Positions 60,011 to 64,000 of a stretch of 64,000 nucleotides of DNA are shown here, piece after piece. Source of the DNA: Chrysomallon squamiferum. Lineage: Eukaryota > Animalia > Mollusca. The stretch spans positions 9,300,001 through 9,364,000 of the forward strand of contig CM022672.1 of NCBI GenBank assembly GCA_012295275.1, in the 5' to 3' direction. The position numbers and the translations under genes were made by a program. The notes below the pieces were generated by a model. It did not search any database. It saw only the letters and a list, made by a program, of their open reading frames with translations, and was not told the origin of the DNA. Numbering within the stretch: position 1 is the stretch's first letter; every line of letters begins with the position of its first letter.

Positions 60011-60058
<48 letters not shown>

Positions 60059-60154
60059 CACACACATCACACACATCACTCACATCACACAACATTCACA
60101 CACTTATATATGTTTTCTTTACTTAGATCATGTATATATATTTATTTATTTGAA

Positions 60155-60206
<52 letters not shown>

Positions 60207-60746
60207 TGTTTTTAACTTTACTTTACTTTTTATTCGACTCTGAATATGTTAACAAGTTTCCACTATAATTCCTTTTCCTGCGCTTAAGAACATTGTGTAC
60301 ACAGCCATACCAAATTATTTTTCAAGTATATCTCACAAATCGATTTTATCTCTTTGTTTTTTATTTTTATTTTTTTATTATTTTTTTCATTTTTTTTTTT
60401 CTGTGCCTTTCATATGTCATGAAATATAAATGTGATTCAGTAAGCAAGGATAAAATGATGACATTTAACTGTAACATATCTATCATACCACTTCTTTACG
60501 GTTAGTTTTCCGTTAGTTTTCCGTTAGTAATAAGTTCTTTGAAGATGACAGTTATAAGGATTACTGTGTTAAATAAATAACGTCGTGTGTCATAAATACT
60601 TTAATCCACAGGTTTTTAAAATATGTTTTATTACGATTTTATTTTCTTCATTCTACATTTTTCTGCATTTTACAAAAAGTAAAAATAACAAAATTAAATA
60701 AATAAATAAATATGTAAATGTAAATAGATTTTCTTTTTCTTTCCTA

Positions 60747-60780
<34 letters not shown>

Positions 60781-60922
60781 CAATTTTTTTCAATTTTTAT
60801 ATTTATTTATATTTTTGTATTGTTTGTAATATTATTTGATAAATGTATTGTTTAAATAGTTTCAATAGCATTTCTACTATTATTATTATTACTACGGTTA
60901 CCATTATTATTATTATTATTAC

Positions 60923-60969
<47 letters not shown>

Positions 60970-60986
60970 ACCATTGTTATTATTAC

Positions 60987-61032
<46 letters not shown>

Positions 61033-61793
61033 GCGTAACTAACGTAATTTGATATTCTCTATTGTTGTTACATTTCAGTGTTAAGACTGAACATCAAAAT
61101 GTAACATTAGTGTATGTCGAAAGTACTTATACTATTTCCTGTATTACCAGCAGATTTTAAAATGATAGATCTTAGAGAAATGGTTATGTTCATAATCATA
61201 AGACAATCGTATTGATAGAGTTATAATTATTAATATCAGAGCCTTGCAAATTACATATAGATAACCAAGAAAAAAAAAAAAGACCCAGAGGACATTTTAA
61301 ATTTTTTTTTTTTTTTTTTTTTTGCACCATTAGTATAATTTAGCTTGTCAACTGATTTGAAAACGAAAGACAAGCAAGACTGTACATTCGTCTGTTTCCG
61401 TGAAATTTCGTCTATGTTGCCTACAAGCTATACGACGATTAAACAAAATAATATTCATTAACATAAATTTAACCAGTTACGTTGCCAAAAAAAAAAAATA
61501 TATAAAACAAATTTTAAAAATCTCAGAATATTTTCATTTATTGGTTATTTTGTTTTAGGTGATTTAAATATTCAGAATCGAGTTTTCAAAGGTATTTGTA
61601 AAAATATTTTAAATGTTAATTTTGTTGGATTTTTAAAACCATTTTGTTTTAAATTTTCTTTTGAAATTTTCAGTTGCATTATGTTTCGTTTATTATAATT
61701 TATTTCCGCTTGGTTTTAACCCCAGTTATTTGTCAGCATGATCGGTAGAAAAGTGATTATCTTTAAATCAAGTATGTGTGATTAAATATTGTT

Positions 61794-61878
<85 letters not shown>

Positions 61879-62128
61879 CATTATCATCGTTATTATGTTG
61901 TTGTTGTTATTGTTGTCTCTGGCATTGTGTAAATATTGGGTTCCTGTATCTTTGAGACGTAGACAAAAACAAATACCAACATACACAGACACACATACAT
62001 GCATACATACATACATACATTCATACATACATACATACATGCATATACAGACATACAAACATACAAACATATATATATATATATAAAAACTATAACTATA
62101 CACATATACATATTACATATAGAAGAAA

Positions 62129-62229
<101 letters not shown>

Positions 62230-62833
62230 AAGCAGAGAGAGACAGTGTAACTAATGTTATTATCACAGATTTTATCTCCCGTTTTGTTTTATTAACGATT
62301 ACTTAATGCATTCAACCACAGCTGACACTGTTTTGTAAATGAAAATAATGCAGCATGGATAGTTGGTACGATTGTGACATACCATCGTGTAGTCTTAGTT
62401 CCCTGCATGTGTTTCTCATTAACAGTTAATTATCTTTCCAATAAGCTATCCCCTGGAAGCATGAACTTTGCACAAACGTAATTTACCTGTATTTCACACT
62501 TGACTTTTCTCTGATTACATCCACTTACAACAAAAACACTTTTGTGCATCTCGGTCACTTATTCATTCATCTATTTTTATACGTAATATAATTAGCGAAC
62601 AAGTCACAGAAAAGTCACTGATTAAAAAAAATAATAATAAAAAATAAAATAGCACCAGTTATTAATTAAATACGACAAGCGCACAGTTACTAATAAAATA
62701 GATTTATCTTTTCCTGCCTCGGCTGTCATGATAATTACGGTTCTAAAGACAACAGTCCAAGAAACTGTTTTATTCGGGACTTTGATGAGCGACTAGATTT
62801 ATGTTATTTATAATGTTGTTGTTGTGGTTGCAG

Positions 62834-62952
62834 AGGAAGACGAAGTGGTTGAACACTGGAAGAGATGTGCATTCTACACCAATCAAGCCATGGGTTTTGC
62901 TACTGGTGCTATCTACGTGCGAGAGTCTTCTCACGAAGCAAGTGTGGAAGAG
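62834..62952 (+). CDS. M13 peptidase exon (last in window; gene continues beyond 64000)
   Basis: (E)EDEVVEHWKRCAFYTNQAMGFATGAIYVRESSHEASVEE matches the WxxC...MGFAxGxxYV motif. Acceptor ggttgcag, donor GAG|GTAAAA. Confidence 0.93.
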
Positions 62953-63134
62953 GTAAAAATACAGCAGAAATGTATAGTATACAGTAATACGTCAGCAAAT
63001 AGATACGTAATTATATACACAGAAACAATCATCCTAATTATACACATACACATATATATGTCTTATTACACAGACATGTATAATATATACATGTATAATA
63101 CATACATACATACATACATACATACATACGTACA

Positions 63135-63168
<34 letters not shown>

Positions 63169-63330
63169 GGTATGTACATATATAAACATACATACAAACG
63201 TATGAACGTGCGAATGGAAGCACGCTCGCACAGCTCACATGTACGTATGTGGATGGAAGTAGTGACGGACTGATCAGTCAATGGATGGATTGATTTATAT
63301 GATTACTTTGTCATCTTTACATTTATAACG

Positions 63331-63422
<92 letters not shown>

Positions 63423-63474
63423 CTCACCATATACCCTATACTAAAATTATTAACAAATTAAAATAAATAAATTA

Positions 63475-63514
<40 letters not shown>

Positions 63515-64000
63515 AAAGAAATAAATTAATAAAATAAATAAATGAATAAATAAATAAATTTTAAAGGAAGCATACCAAAATTACTTATATAATAATTTTA
63601 TAGCTAATTTATATTACCAAATTCGCCTGAAAGAATTTCCGCGTAGATTTCCTTGTTCACCGACTGTTAGAAACATTACTCGTCGTTAATGGATTACTGC
63701 GCATGTCTTTTCGAAGACGAGCATTCTCAGACAGCATAATCGTTAAAAACCTTTTACAAACTAATTTAATTTTTTATGTTTTTATTTTTTATTGCTATTA
63801 TTATTTCTTTTCTTTTTCTTTTTTTTTTTTTTTTTCAATTAGAGTTATTTTATGTTCTGTGTTCTTTGAGATAACGTGCAGTTATCAAATTTGAGTGGTA
63901 AAATATGTCTAATTATTGCATTACAAATTCAGAAATTATAACTGATATTTTGTTTTTATTATTAAAGTAGGGCTTTCTGTGCGCGCGCTCGCATCTGTGT

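Overview
This is AT-rich (visually about 70% A+T), microsatellite-dense animal genomic DNA, not prokaryotic. The (AG)n/(ATT)n/(ATAC)n/(GATA)n load and a tRNA-Arg-like SINE head suggest a mollusc, possibly a cephalopod (inference only). Almost all ORFs in the track are translations of simple repeats. The one well-supported gene is a multi-exon, + strand M13-family zinc metallopeptidase (neprilysin/endothelin-converting-enzyme-like type II membrane protein). Nine phase-consistent GT-AG coding exons from 47491 to 62952 give 460 codons; the gene runs off the right edge before the HExxH catalytic region. The most notable result is evidence for three alternative N-termini. (1) A long form starts at 35551 and splices via 45691-45739, adding YGT and acidic di-leucine (EENELL) sorting-type motifs. 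(2) A short membrane form starts at 47491. (3) An intronic TATA promoter at about 48962 precedes an in-frame signal-peptide-like leader (49213) that would give a secreted enzyme lacking the transmembrane anchor. Also present: a Pro/Thr-rich insertion exon, CpG-rich promoter-like islands (about 2.9 kb and 20.2 kb) with hints of a divergent minus-strand transcript, tRNA-derived SINE remnants, a degenerate hAT-like MITE, minisatellites and local duplications.
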